From contig DATJET010000199.1 in assembly GCA_035496295.1 (NCBI GenBank), positions 8-64,007 on the forward strand: a DNA stretch of 64,000 nt, given 5' to 3'. This DNA comes from Gemmatimonadaceae bacterium. GTDB taxonomy: Bacteria; Gemmatimonadota; Gemmatimonadetes; Gemmatimonadales; Gemmatimonadaceae. Below the pieces are notes generated by a model, which was not told the origin of the DNA, made no database searches, and saw only the letters and a program-made list of their open reading frames with translations. Positions 56,687-64,000 of the stretch are shown here, in pieces (the first letter of the stretch is position 1; every line of letters begins with the position of its first letter). The position numbers and the translations under genes are program-made.

Positions 56687-57928
56687 ATGAACACTCGCCC
56701 ACTCGGCATCGGCGTCATTGGCAGCGGTTTCAATGCGCGCTTTCACCTGCACGCCTTCCGCGCTGTGCGCGACGCGGAGATCCGCGGCATTTACAGTCCA
56801 CATGCGCAGCATGCCGCGGAGGCCGCGGCTCTGGCCCGGTCACTCGACGTCGGTCCGGCGCGTGCGTTCGCGTCGATCGCCGACATGGTGACGGATCCCG
56901 CGATCGACGCGATCTGGCTCTGCGGTCGGAACGACGCACGCGTGGAGAACATCGAAGCCATCCTCGTTGCCGCCGCTGCACGCGGGGAGCCTTTGCGCGG
57001 CATCGCGTGCGAGAAGCCGCTGGCCCGCACCGTCGCCGAGGCATCGCGCGTGGCGCGAATGGCGAAGCAAGCGGAGATTATGCACGGGTATCTCGAGAAC
57101 CAGGCGTTCGCGCCTCCGGTGGTCCACGGACGCGACCTGATCTGGTCGCGCGGTGCACGACTGACGGGGCGGCCGTATCTCGCGCGCGCGGCCGAAGAGC
57201 ACAGCGGTCCGCATTCGCCGTGGTTCTGGCAGGGTCGCCTGCAGGGTGGCGGCGTGCTCAACGACATGATGTGCCACTCGGCGCTCGTGGTGCGGCACCT
57301 CCTGACGGAGCCGGGCCAGCCGCTGTCATCGCTATCCGTTAGGCGGGTGACCGGGCACATCGCAAGCCTCAAGTGGTCGCGGCCCGAGTACGCCAAGCGG
57401 CTGGCGCGCACGATGGGCAAGGAGGTGGACTACACGAAGCATCCCTCGGAGGACTTCGCCAGTATCACGCTGGAGTTCGAGGATGGTGACGGACGCACGG
57501 TGTTAGGCGAAGCTACCACGTCGTGGAGCTTCGTCGGCGCGGGCCTGCGGCTCTCGGCCGAGCTCCTCGGCCCGGAGTACTCGATGGCGTGGAACTCGTT
57601 GGACAGCGGGCTGACGGTGTTTTTCAGCCGCGAGGTGCGCGGTCGCGCCGGCGAGGACCTCGTCGAGAAACAGAATGCGGAGATGGGGCTCATGCCCGTC
57701 GTGGCGGGCGAAGCTGCGGTGTATGGCTACGAGGCGGAAGATCGCCACTTCGTGCGCGCGTTCCTCGGAAAGGAAGCGCCGCTGCTCACGTTCGACGACG
57801 GTTTGGACGTGGTGCGGATTCTGATGGCGGCGTACATGAGCGCGGAACGCGGGAAGACGGTCGAGTTTCCGCCGCGCGGACTGGACGCTTTTGTGCCGCA
57901 GGTTGCGACAGGCGGTTGGAAGCCGTGA
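56687..57928 (+). CDS. Gfo/Idh/MocA family oxidoreductase
   Basis: Rossmann N-terminus LGIGVIGSGFNARFHLHAF. 413 aa. Confidence 0.8.
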   Translation: MNTRPLGIGVIGSGFNARFHLHAFRAVRDAEIRGIYSPHAQHAAEAAALARSLDVGPARAFASIADMVTDPAIDAIWLCGRNDARVENIEAILVAAAARGEPLRGIACEKPLARTVAEASRVARMAKQAEIMHGYLENQAFAPPVVHGRDLIWSRGARLTGRPYLARAAEEHSGPHSPWFWQGRLQGGGVLNDMMCHSALVVRHLLTEPGQPLSSLSVRRVTGHIASLKWSRPEYAKRLARTMGKEVDYTKHPSEDFASITLEFEDGDGRTVLGEATTSWSFVGAGLRLSAELLGPEYSMAWNSLDSGLTVFFSREVRGRAGEDLVEKQNAEMGLMPVVAGEAAVYGYEAEDRHFVRAFLGKEAPLLTFDDGLDVVRILMAAYMSAERGKTVEFPPRGLDAFVPQVATGGWKP

Positions 57929-58779
57929 CGGCGGCGCGGCGCTGGCTCATCGCGGCAGCAGCGTTCTCGGTCTTGGACGCGGCGCCGCGCCTAACGGCAG
58001 CGCAGGCTGCCGACACTGCATCGTGTCTCGCCAAACAACTGCCGGCCGGCTCGGTGCAGGACACGGTCATGCTCGACGTCCGCACGTTGCCCGACTCCAC
58101 GCTCTCGGTCGACTACGAACGGCTGCTGCTCGAGGGTGTGGCCGAGGAGTTCCACGCGCCGAGCAGCACGGCGATGCCGGTGTTCAATCACTGGCGCGTG
58201 AACGGTAGTACGACGTTCAATTTGGCGGGCGCGCAAGTCGAGGGTGAGATTGGATTCGACATCGATGCCAAGGGGCAGATCTCGCACGTCGCGCTGACGG
58301 CGAGCACCCTCGAGCCCGAGCTCGACGACAGCCTCGCCAAAGCCGTCCTCAGGCTTGCCGCATCCGGCTTGGTGCCACCGCCGCCCGCGGTGCCGCGGAC
58401 GGGTCGCGCACTCGTACTGCTGAGCATTCGGTCGGCGCGAGGACTCTCGCCGATCGTGCGGCCGTTGTATCGCGAGCAGGCGCAGCTGTTCGCGCTGTCA
58501 CAGGATCTGGCTGAGCTGCCCAACAACCCGCCGATCGATTATCCGATCTTGCCCGCCGAGGCAAATGTCGGCGACAGCGTGGTGGTCGATTTCGTGGTGG
58601 ATGAGACCGGAAGCGTCATGCCGGGCACCACGCGATACCTCCGAGGCCACTACCTGAACTTCATGCGAGCACTCGGGCGCGGCGTGAGCCGGTTTCGCTT
58701 TCAGCCGGCTATGATTGGCCCGTGCCCCATCAAGATGCGGTGGCAGTACACGTACGTGTTCCAAACCAGGCCGAAGTAG
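57925..58779 (+). CDS. Secreted protein with TonB-C-like domain(s)
   Basis: GTG overlaps the upstream TGA (GTGA). Signal peptide. The C-terminal segment VVVDFVVDETGSVMPGT...RFRFQPAMIGPCPIKMRWQYTYVF resembles the TonB_C fold. Confidence 0.45.
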   Translation: MTAARRWLIAAAAFSVLDAAPRLTAAQAADTASCLAKQLPAGSVQDTVMLDVRTLPDSTLSVDYERLLLEGVAEEFHAPSSTAMPVFNHWRVNGSTTFNLAGAQVEGEIGFDIDAKGQISHVALTASTLEPELDDSLAKAVLRLAASGLVPPPPAVPRTGRALVLLSIRSARGLSPIVRPLYREQAQLFALSQDLAELPNNPPIDYPILPAEANVGDSVVVDFVVDETGSVMPGTTRYLRGHYLNFMRALGRGVSRFRFQPAMIGPCPIKMRWQYTYVFQTRPK

Positions 58780-58816
58780 GGGACCGAGTGGCGGCTGGCC
58801 GCGCGGGGCGAGGCAG

Positions 58817-61303
58817 TCACTCGGCGCGCATCGTGACGGCGGGATCCGACCGCGCCGCCCGGCGCGCCGGCACCCAGCTCGCCAACAGCGCCATCCCCGC
58901 TATCGCGAGGGCGAGCGCGCCAACCAGCGCCGGGTTCGGCGTGCCCATGTCGGCCAGCGTGGCGCGCATGACCTGATACAACACGACGGCCGCCGCGAGT
59001 CCTGCTCCGACGCCGGCGCCGGCGAGCACCATGGTTTCGCCGAGCACGAGCCGCGCAATCCGGCCGGCGCCCGCGCCTAACGCAACGCGGATGCCCAACT
59101 CGCGCTCGCGTTCCCGCACCCACTGCATCGCGATGCCGTAGATCCCCGCTGCGGCGAGCGCCGCCGCGAGGGCCGCGAAGGCGGCCAGGACGCGACCGGT
59201 GAACCTCGGCCGCGCCCAGGCGTCGCCAAGGCGGTCCGTCAAATCACGCACGTCGAACGCCGCCACACCCGGATCGACGGAGGCAACCGCAGCGCGCAGT
59301 GCCGGCACCAGTTTGTTCGGATCGCCGCGCGTCCGCACCATTACCATGCGCGCGGCGTACGTGAACTGTAGGTACGGCGTGTAAAAACTCGGCAGCATCG
59401 AGGCGCCTGTCGACGAACCGTACGGAACGTCGCCAACCACGCCGACAATCTCGGCGCTCGAGTCCGGGCGATCGAAGCTACTGCCGCCGCCAAACCACAC
59501 GCGCTGGCCGATTGGATCCTGGCCCGGCCAGAATCGACGCGCGGCGGTTTCGTTGATGATCGCCACGCGTGGGCGTCCCGCGCGATCCGCCGATGTGAAC
59601 GCACGTCCGCGGACGATCGGTACGCCGAGTGTGCGAAAGTGATCGGGGCCGACATAGTGGCGCAGCACCTCGGGGGCGAGGCCGGGCGGTGGCGCCGCGC
59701 GGCCGATCACGTAGAGCGTGCTGTTGGCGCATCGCAGTCCGAGCGGTGCACAGGCGTCGACCGTGGCCGATTCGACGCCGGGCACTGCGCTGACCGTGGC
59801 GAGCACGTGTTCGATCAGCGCGGGGGCGGCCGGCGCGGGATACCGGACATCCGACGGCGCGATCCGGAACGTGAGGACGTGGGCCGGTTCGATGCCTAAC
59901 GGAATGCCCTCGAGCCGTCGCGCGGCGCCGAGCGCGAGCATGGCACCGGCGGTGAGGACGAGCGCGAGCGCGATCTCACCAATGACGAGCATCGAGCGGA
60001 TGTTGCGGCGTCTGCGTCGTTGGCTCTGGCCTCCGCTCGCGCCGCCTTGTTTGAGCGCCATGGACAGATCGCTGCGCGATGCCGTGAGCGCGGGGAGCAG
60101 GCCCGCCAACAGGGCCGCCGCGCCGGCCATGATGACCGCGAACCCGAGGACGGCCGCCGAGGCGCGCGGCGCCGCGAATTCGCCTAACTGACCGTACTGA
60201 TTGCGTGGACCAGCGATGGCCGCCGGCAGCGCGATGAGGTGCGGGGCCCAGGTCGCGATGATGGCGCCGGCGATGCCGCCTAACAACGCAATCACGGCGG
60301 TCTCCGTCAACAGCAACGTTACGACGCGGGCCCGATCGGCGCCGAGCGCCAGGCGCACCGCGATTTCCCGGGCGCGGCCGATGTTGCGCGCGAGCTCGAG
60401 CCCGGCGACGTTCGCGCACGTCAATAACAAGAGGAGCAGCACCGCGGTGAGCAATACGAGAATCGCGCGCCGGTAGGCGGGATCGATGCGCGCCTCCGAA
60501 AGCGGGACTGCCGTCGCGCCGAACACCGTAGGCACGTCCGTCTCACTCGGCAGCACGCGCTCGATGCGCACGCCGAGCATGGCCAATTCGGCGCGTGCTC
60601 GGTCGAGGGTCATGCCGGGCGGCCGACGACCGACGACGCTGATGAAATCCTGATTGGTGGTGTGGTAGTCCGCGTAGCTCAGGCGCGGCACCATTGCCGA
60701 TGGGACCCACACGTCGGCGCTTCCCGTTAGGCCATGGAAGCCGCGCGGCATGATGCCGACGACGGTCACGTCGACCCCGTTCAGGCGCACCGAACGGCCG
60801 ATGATCGCGCGGTTGGCGCCGAAGCGGCTGCTCCAGAGATCGAAGCCGATCACGGCGACCGCGGCCGGTCCGCCCACCGAATCCTCGGCGGTGAGAAACG
60901 TGCGGCCTACGTTCGCGTCGACGCCTAACGCGCGAAAGTACGTCGCCGAGACGGCTTCGGCGGCGACGCGCTCCGGCGCATCGCTGCCCGACAGGTTGAA
61001 CTCGTAGGGCCCGTACGCCGCGAGCGCGCTGTACGACGATGCGAGATGACTGAGCATCTCGTACCGTCCGTACGACCAACGCATGCGGGTCAGACCGTGT
61101 CCAGTTGCCTGGCTGGTGAGGTAGAGCTCGTCGATCTGGCCGGCCGCCGGGAATGGCGGCGGTCGCAGCAGTGCCGCGTCGGCGAGGGAAAAGAGCGCCG
61201 TGCTGGCGCCGATTCCGATCGCAAGCGTGGCGATCGCGAATGCGGCGAATGTTGGACGCCTAACGAGCGCGCGGAGCGCGTGGCGGAGATCCTGTGGCAG
61301 CAT
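58817..61303 (-). CDS. ADOP-family duplicated MacB/FtsX-type ABC permease
   Basis: Begins MLPQDLRHALRALVRRPTFAAFAIATLAIGIGASTALFS. Two MacB_PCD plus FtsX modules, 828 aa. Confidence 0.85.
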   Translation of the reverse strand: MLPQDLRHALRALVRRPTFAAFAIATLAIGIGASTALFSLADAALLRPPPFPAAGQIDELYLTSQATGHGLTRMRWSYGRYEMLSHLASSYSALAAYGPYEFNLSGSDAPERVAAEAVSATYFRALGVDANVGRTFLTAEDSVGGPAAVAVIGFDLWSSRFGANRAIIGRSVRLNGVDVTVVGIMPRGFHGLTGSADVWVPSAMVPRLSYADYHTTNQDFISVVGRRPPGMTLDRARAELAMLGVRIERVLPSETDVPTVFGATAVPLSEARIDPAYRRAILVLLTAVLLLLLLTCANVAGLELARNIGRAREIAVRLALGADRARVVTLLLTETAVIALLGGIAGAIIATWAPHLIALPAAIAGPRNQYGQLGEFAAPRASAAVLGFAVIMAGAAALLAGLLPALTASRSDLSMALKQGGASGGQSQRRRRRNIRSMLVIGEIALALVLTAGAMLALGAARRLEGIPLGIEPAHVLTFRIAPSDVRYPAPAAPALIEHVLATVSAVPGVESATVDACAPLGLRCANSTLYVIGRAAPPPGLAPEVLRHYVGPDHFRTLGVPIVRGRAFTSADRAGRPRVAIINETAARRFWPGQDPIGQRVWFGGGSSFDRPDSSAEIVGVVGDVPYGSSTGASMLPSFYTPYLQFTYAARMVMVRTRGDPNKLVPALRAAVASVDPGVAAFDVRDLTDRLGDAWARPRFTGRVLAAFAALAAALAAAGIYGIAMQWVRERERELGIRVALGAGAGRIARLVLGETMVLAGAGVGAGLAAAVVLYQVMRATLADMGTPNPALVGALALAIAGMALLASWVPARRAARSDPAVTMRAE

Positions 61304-61384
61304 CTGTCACGCATTTCGATGTGGGATTACGAGTCGCGTCGCACATCGATTGGACGGTGCGCGGGCCTCGAACGCTTACGGCGG

Positions 61385-62725
61385 CTAGAGGCTCCAGCCC
61401 GACCGGTACTCGGTCCGCACGTATTCGTCGGGTACCTTCGCGTTCGTCACCTCGCCCGTCTCTGGGTTCAGGTCCAGCGGCCGATTCATCCGGATGGCGA
61501 GGTTGCCGAGCAGCACCATCTGCGTGAGCGGTCCAGCGTGACCGGCGAAATTGGATCCGGCCGGCGGACCGCCCTTGCACGCACGAATCCATTCCTGATA
61601 CACGCCGGGCGTCCGCGCATACTTCTCGGGCAGTGGATGCGCCGTGAATTCCGCCTGGCGCTTGGGATCGAGCAGGCGCACAGCTTCGCCGTAACAGTCG
61701 GCGAGCAGTTTGCCGTCGCTGCCGATCCACAGTTGTGTCCCCACGTCGGCGTAGCCCGGCCAGTCGAATTCGGGCGCGAGCTCCACGGGCCGCGCTTCGG
61801 CCAATCCACCATCGTGCCACACGGCGCGCACGGGTGCGCGCGCACCCCGCGCGCCGAACTCATACACGATGCGCGACAGCTTCGGCGCCGTTTCCGGGTA
61901 GAGCTTCGTCGTTTCGGCCTCGATGTGCACGGGGAAGCCGAGGCCTAACGTCCAGAACGCGGCGTCCATGGCGTGCGCAGCGATGTCGCCTAACGCGCCG
62001 CAGCCGAAGTCCCACCAGCCGCGCCACGTGAACGGCGCGTACGCCGGATGGTACGGGCGCGACGGCGCCGGCCCGAGCCAGAGGTCCCAGTCGAGCCACG
62101 GCGGCACCTCGTACGCCTCGAGCGGACGCTCCAATCCCTGCGGCCAGATCGGCCGATCGGTCCAGTAGTGCACTTCCCGCACCGTGCCGATCGCACCGGC
62201 TTCGACCAGCTCGCGGATCAGTCGCGTGCCGGCGCCCGCGTGACCCTGGTTGCCCATTTGCGTCGCGACCTTGGTGCGCGCGGCAGCATCCATTATCGCT
62301 CGCACTTCGGTGAGCGTGCGGGCGAGCGGCTTCTGGCAGAAGACGTGCTTGCCGTGTTTCAACGCGAGCATCACGGCGGCGGCATGCGAGTGATCGGGAA
62401 TCGTCACCGTGACGGCGTCGATATTCTTGCCCTCTTTGTCGAGCATCTCGCGGTAGTCGCGATACTGTTTTGCTTTGGGGAACCGCCGGAACGACGTCTC
62501 AGCGCTGTGGAGATCGACGTCGCACAGGGCGTAGATGTTCTCGGTGCTCACACCCTGCACATCGCTCTCGCCTTTCCCGCCGACGCCAATGCAGGCGATG
62601 TTGAGCGTGTCGCTGGGCGCTCGATAGCCGCGGCCGAGCACGTGGCGCCGCACGATGGTGAAGGCCGCGCCGGCGAGTGCGACGTCGCCCAGGAATTCGC
62701 GGCGGGAAACCGGGTCAGCGGTCAT
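61385..62725 (-). CDS. Tat-signal Gfo/Idh/MocA family oxidoreductase
   Basis: Signal SRREFLGDVALAGAAF, then IACIGVGGKG (Rossmann fold). 446 aa. Confidence 0.8.
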   Translation of the reverse strand: MTADPVSRREFLGDVALAGAAFTIVRRHVLGRGYRAPSDTLNIACIGVGGKGESDVQGVSTENIYALCDVDLHSAETSFRRFPKAKQYRDYREMLDKEGKNIDAVTVTIPDHSHAAAVMLALKHGKHVFCQKPLARTLTEVRAIMDAAARTKVATQMGNQGHAGAGTRLIRELVEAGAIGTVREVHYWTDRPIWPQGLERPLEAYEVPPWLDWDLWLGPAPSRPYHPAYAPFTWRGWWDFGCGALGDIAAHAMDAAFWTLGLGFPVHIEAETTKLYPETAPKLSRIVYEFGARGARAPVRAVWHDGGLAEARPVELAPEFDWPGYADVGTQLWIGSDGKLLADCYGEAVRLLDPKRQAEFTAHPLPEKYARTPGVYQEWIRACKGGPPAGSNFAGHAGPLTQMVLLGNLAIRMNRPLDLNPETGEVTNAKVPDEYVRTEYRSGWSL

Positions 62726-62738
62726 GGGATGAGCTGCG

Positions 62739-63959
62739 TTAGGCGGCCATCGCCGCGGCAGGTTTCGGTTCTTCCGTCTGTGTGCGCGGACGGAAGAGCA
62801 GCGCGAACAGCACGAAGATCACGGCCGCGCCGCACGCCGGCACGAGCCACACCGATCGCCAATCGTGCACCCCGCCGGGCAACCGGTACTTATCCACGAC
62901 GGGTCCAGACAAGAGTGAGCCAATGAACAGGCCGACGCCCTGTGTGATGAACGCCAGGAATCCCTGCGCCGCCGCGCGGATCGACACGCTCGCGCGCTGA
63001 TCGACGTAGATCTGCCCCGTGACGAAGAAGAAATCGTAGCACACACCGTGGAGGATGATGCCGGCGTACAGCATCCACACGTTCACGGTTACGTTGCCGA
63101 ACGCGAACAACAGGTACCGCACCGCCCACGCCGCCATGCCCAGCAGGAGGATCCGCTTCACGCCTAACCGGGACAGCGCCCACGGCAAGAGCAGCATGAA
63201 GCCGATCTCGAAGAACTGGCCCAACGTCATCTTGGCGGCCGCGTTCTGAAGCCCGATCTCGTTCAGGAACGGGTTGGTGAACGTGTAGTAGAACTGCAGT
63301 GGGATGCACAGCAGGAACGAGCCGAGAATGAACACGGCGAACGCGTTGTCCTTGAGCAGCGAGAGCGCGTCGAGGCCTAACACATCGCGCGCGGTGATTT
63401 TCTTGCCCGCGGCGTGGGGCGGCGTGTGCGGCAGCGCGAACGAGAATATGCCCAACACGATCGATGCGGCCGCGGCCAACTGCAGCGGCACCGCCGTCGC
63501 CTCGAGCTTGAGGATGCCGACGATGAGTCCGGCCACGATCCAGCCAATGGTGCCCAACACGCGCACGAGCGGAAACTCGCGCGTCGGGTCGCTCATGTGG
63601 TCGAACGAAATCGAGTTGGTGAGCGCCAGCGTGGGCATGTAGCAGAGCGCGTACACGATGAGCACAACGTAAAACGCGCCGAATGCATGCATCGTCGACG
63701 CAATCCAGAGCACGACACCGCCCACGATGTGCAGCAGCGCGAGGATGCGCTCGGTGGCGAAGAATCGGTCGGCCACCATTCCGACGAAAAACGGAGAGAT
63801 CATCGCCGCGATGGCCGTCGCACCGTAGGCGAGACCGACCTGCGTGCCGTCGAACTTGAGCGATGTCCCCAAGTACGTGCCCATGGTGACGAACCACGCG
63901 CCCCAGACGAAATACTCGAGGAACATCATCGTCGAGAGCTTGGCTCGAACCGCGGTCAT
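62739..63959 (-). CDS. MFS transporter, nucleoside:H+ symporter (NupG/XapB-like) family
   Basis: Begins KLSTMMFLEYFVWGAWFVTMGTYL, as in Nuc_H_symport. 12 TM segments. The TAA stop lies inside a GTTAGGC copy. Confidence 0.75.
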   Translation of the reverse strand: MTAVRAKLSTMMFLEYFVWGAWFVTMGTYLGTSLKFDGTQVGLAYGATAIAAMISPFFVGMVADRFFATERILALLHIVGGVVLWIASTMHAFGAFYVVLIVYALCYMPTLALTNSISFDHMSDPTREFPLVRVLGTIGWIVAGLIVGILKLEATAVPLQLAAAASIVLGIFSFALPHTPPHAAGKKITARDVLGLDALSLLKDNAFAVFILGSFLLCIPLQFYYTFTNPFLNEIGLQNAAAKMTLGQFFEIGFMLLLPWALSRLGVKRILLLGMAAWAVRYLLFAFGNVTVNVWMLYAGIILHGVCYDFFFVTGQIYVDQRASVSIRAAAQGFLAFITQGVGLFIGSLLSGPVVDKYRLPGGVHDWRSVWLVPACGAAVIFVLFALLFRPRTQTEEPKPAAAMAA

Positions 63960-64000
63960 GTCCGGTCTCCAGAGAATGGACGGCGCGCGAGAAGATACCG

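Larger units (their letters stand above)
629..63381. repeat. Dispersed heptamer family GTTAGGC/GCCTAAC (90 exact copies by hand count)
   Basis: GTTAGGC starts on the + strand: 629,1124,2791,5992,6376,8707,10056,10958,15113,15301,15558,17085,18881,20315,23229,23832,25739,27629,29351,29642,29900,30116,30404,30831,31922,32153,32816,33487,34873,35020,37347,37548,40324,43729,45181,45288,45489,45774,46610,46778,47699,48482,50832,51933,52777,53544,54415,57338,57502,60726,62738. GCCTAAC starts on the + strand: 4510,7175,7991,8812,10691,11237,12071,12557,12968,14399,18660,19520,24475,25312,26936,28064,31462,35680,35825,40769,40776,42052,44180,47912,50254,52178,54798,56668,57989,59075,59894,60182,60278,60923,61258,61943,61987,63162,63375. 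Confidence 0.9.

Noticed and set aside
629-63381. TTAGGC is the nematode telomeric hexamer, so the sequence could be telomere-like or eukaryotic contamination.
   Set aside because: Copies are dispersed singly inside bacterial genes and in frame. Only one two-copy tandem exists, and the conserved unit is the heptamer GTTAGGC. Nothing resembles a telomeric array.
629-63381. The word could be a Chi-like or KOPS-like polar motif.
   Set aside because: Orientation is 51:39 on the two strands with no positional switch along the window. The apparent bias follows gene direction: 59 sense against 27 antisense, which is explained by Leu-Gly being commoner than Pro-Asn. One 64-kb window cannot exclude a replichore-scale skew.
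1-64000. Many long ORFs in the six-frame track lie antisense to, or out of frame with, the called genes (for example 3423-4247, 7605-8699, 23184-24008, 29120-30799, 46559-47917). Several real genes also carry long N-terminal extensions in the track.
   Set aside because: These are typical stop-codon-poor alternative frames of high-GC DNA. Their products are Arg/Ala/Pro-rich and low in complexity, with no family resemblance. The extensions lack ribosome-binding sites and overlap upstream genes.
1-64000. I searched for CRISPR arrays, tRNA or rRNA genes, insertion sequences, integrases, toxin-antitoxin pairs and known defence systems.
   Set aside because: I found no regularly spaced repeats, no tRNA-like T-arm or rRNA-like sequence, and no transposase, integrase or defence-type domains in any frame that I could recognise.

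Overview
High-GC bacterial chromosomal window (roughly two-thirds G+C by eye, not computed). It is densely coding on both strands, with about 55 genes. Gene content suggests a free-living Gemmatimonadota/Acidobacteria-like organism; this is inference from an ADOP-type duplicated MacB permease, a large PIG-L deacetylase, and DUF1080/GMC/Gfo-Idh-MocA sugar-oxidation genes. Recognisable genes: nadC-cydAB, sucA, an ABC importer chained to the PIG-L gene, a sigma54-driven type IV pilin, a tsdA-like dihaem cytochrome c, metK, a ClC channel, osmC, sufE, an amidase, flgM / sigma54 activator / fliA, a wzm-wzt polysaccharide export module, and a 1098-aa hybrid histidine kinase. I saw no rRNA, tRNA, CRISPR, transposase, integrase, prophage or recognisable defence genes. 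The strongest signal is not a gene. The heptamer GTTAGGC (reverse complement GCCTAAC) occurs 90 times by my hand count, about one per 0.7 kb, against roughly 5-10 expected from composition. It lies in both orientations, in nearly every large gene and in a few spacers. Inside genes it is phase-locked: 54 copies read TTA-GGC (Leu-Gly, using a Leu codon expected to be rare at this GC content), 17 read CCT-AAC (Pro-Asn), and the two stop-containing phases occur only where the word itself supplies a gene's stop codon (7 genes). This resembles DNA-uptake-sequence or HIP1-type genome-wide words, and I know of no described motif with this sequence. Secondary observations: a SAM-II-like riboswitch plus intrinsic terminator in the metK leader; a sigma54 promoter with upstream direct repeats at pilA; a near-leaderless sigma28 promoter at flgM; three gene relics (ABC permease tail, hybrid-kinase remnant, truncated S41 peptidase); and several translationally coupled gene chains. 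All coordinates and counts were derived by hand and should be recomputed.
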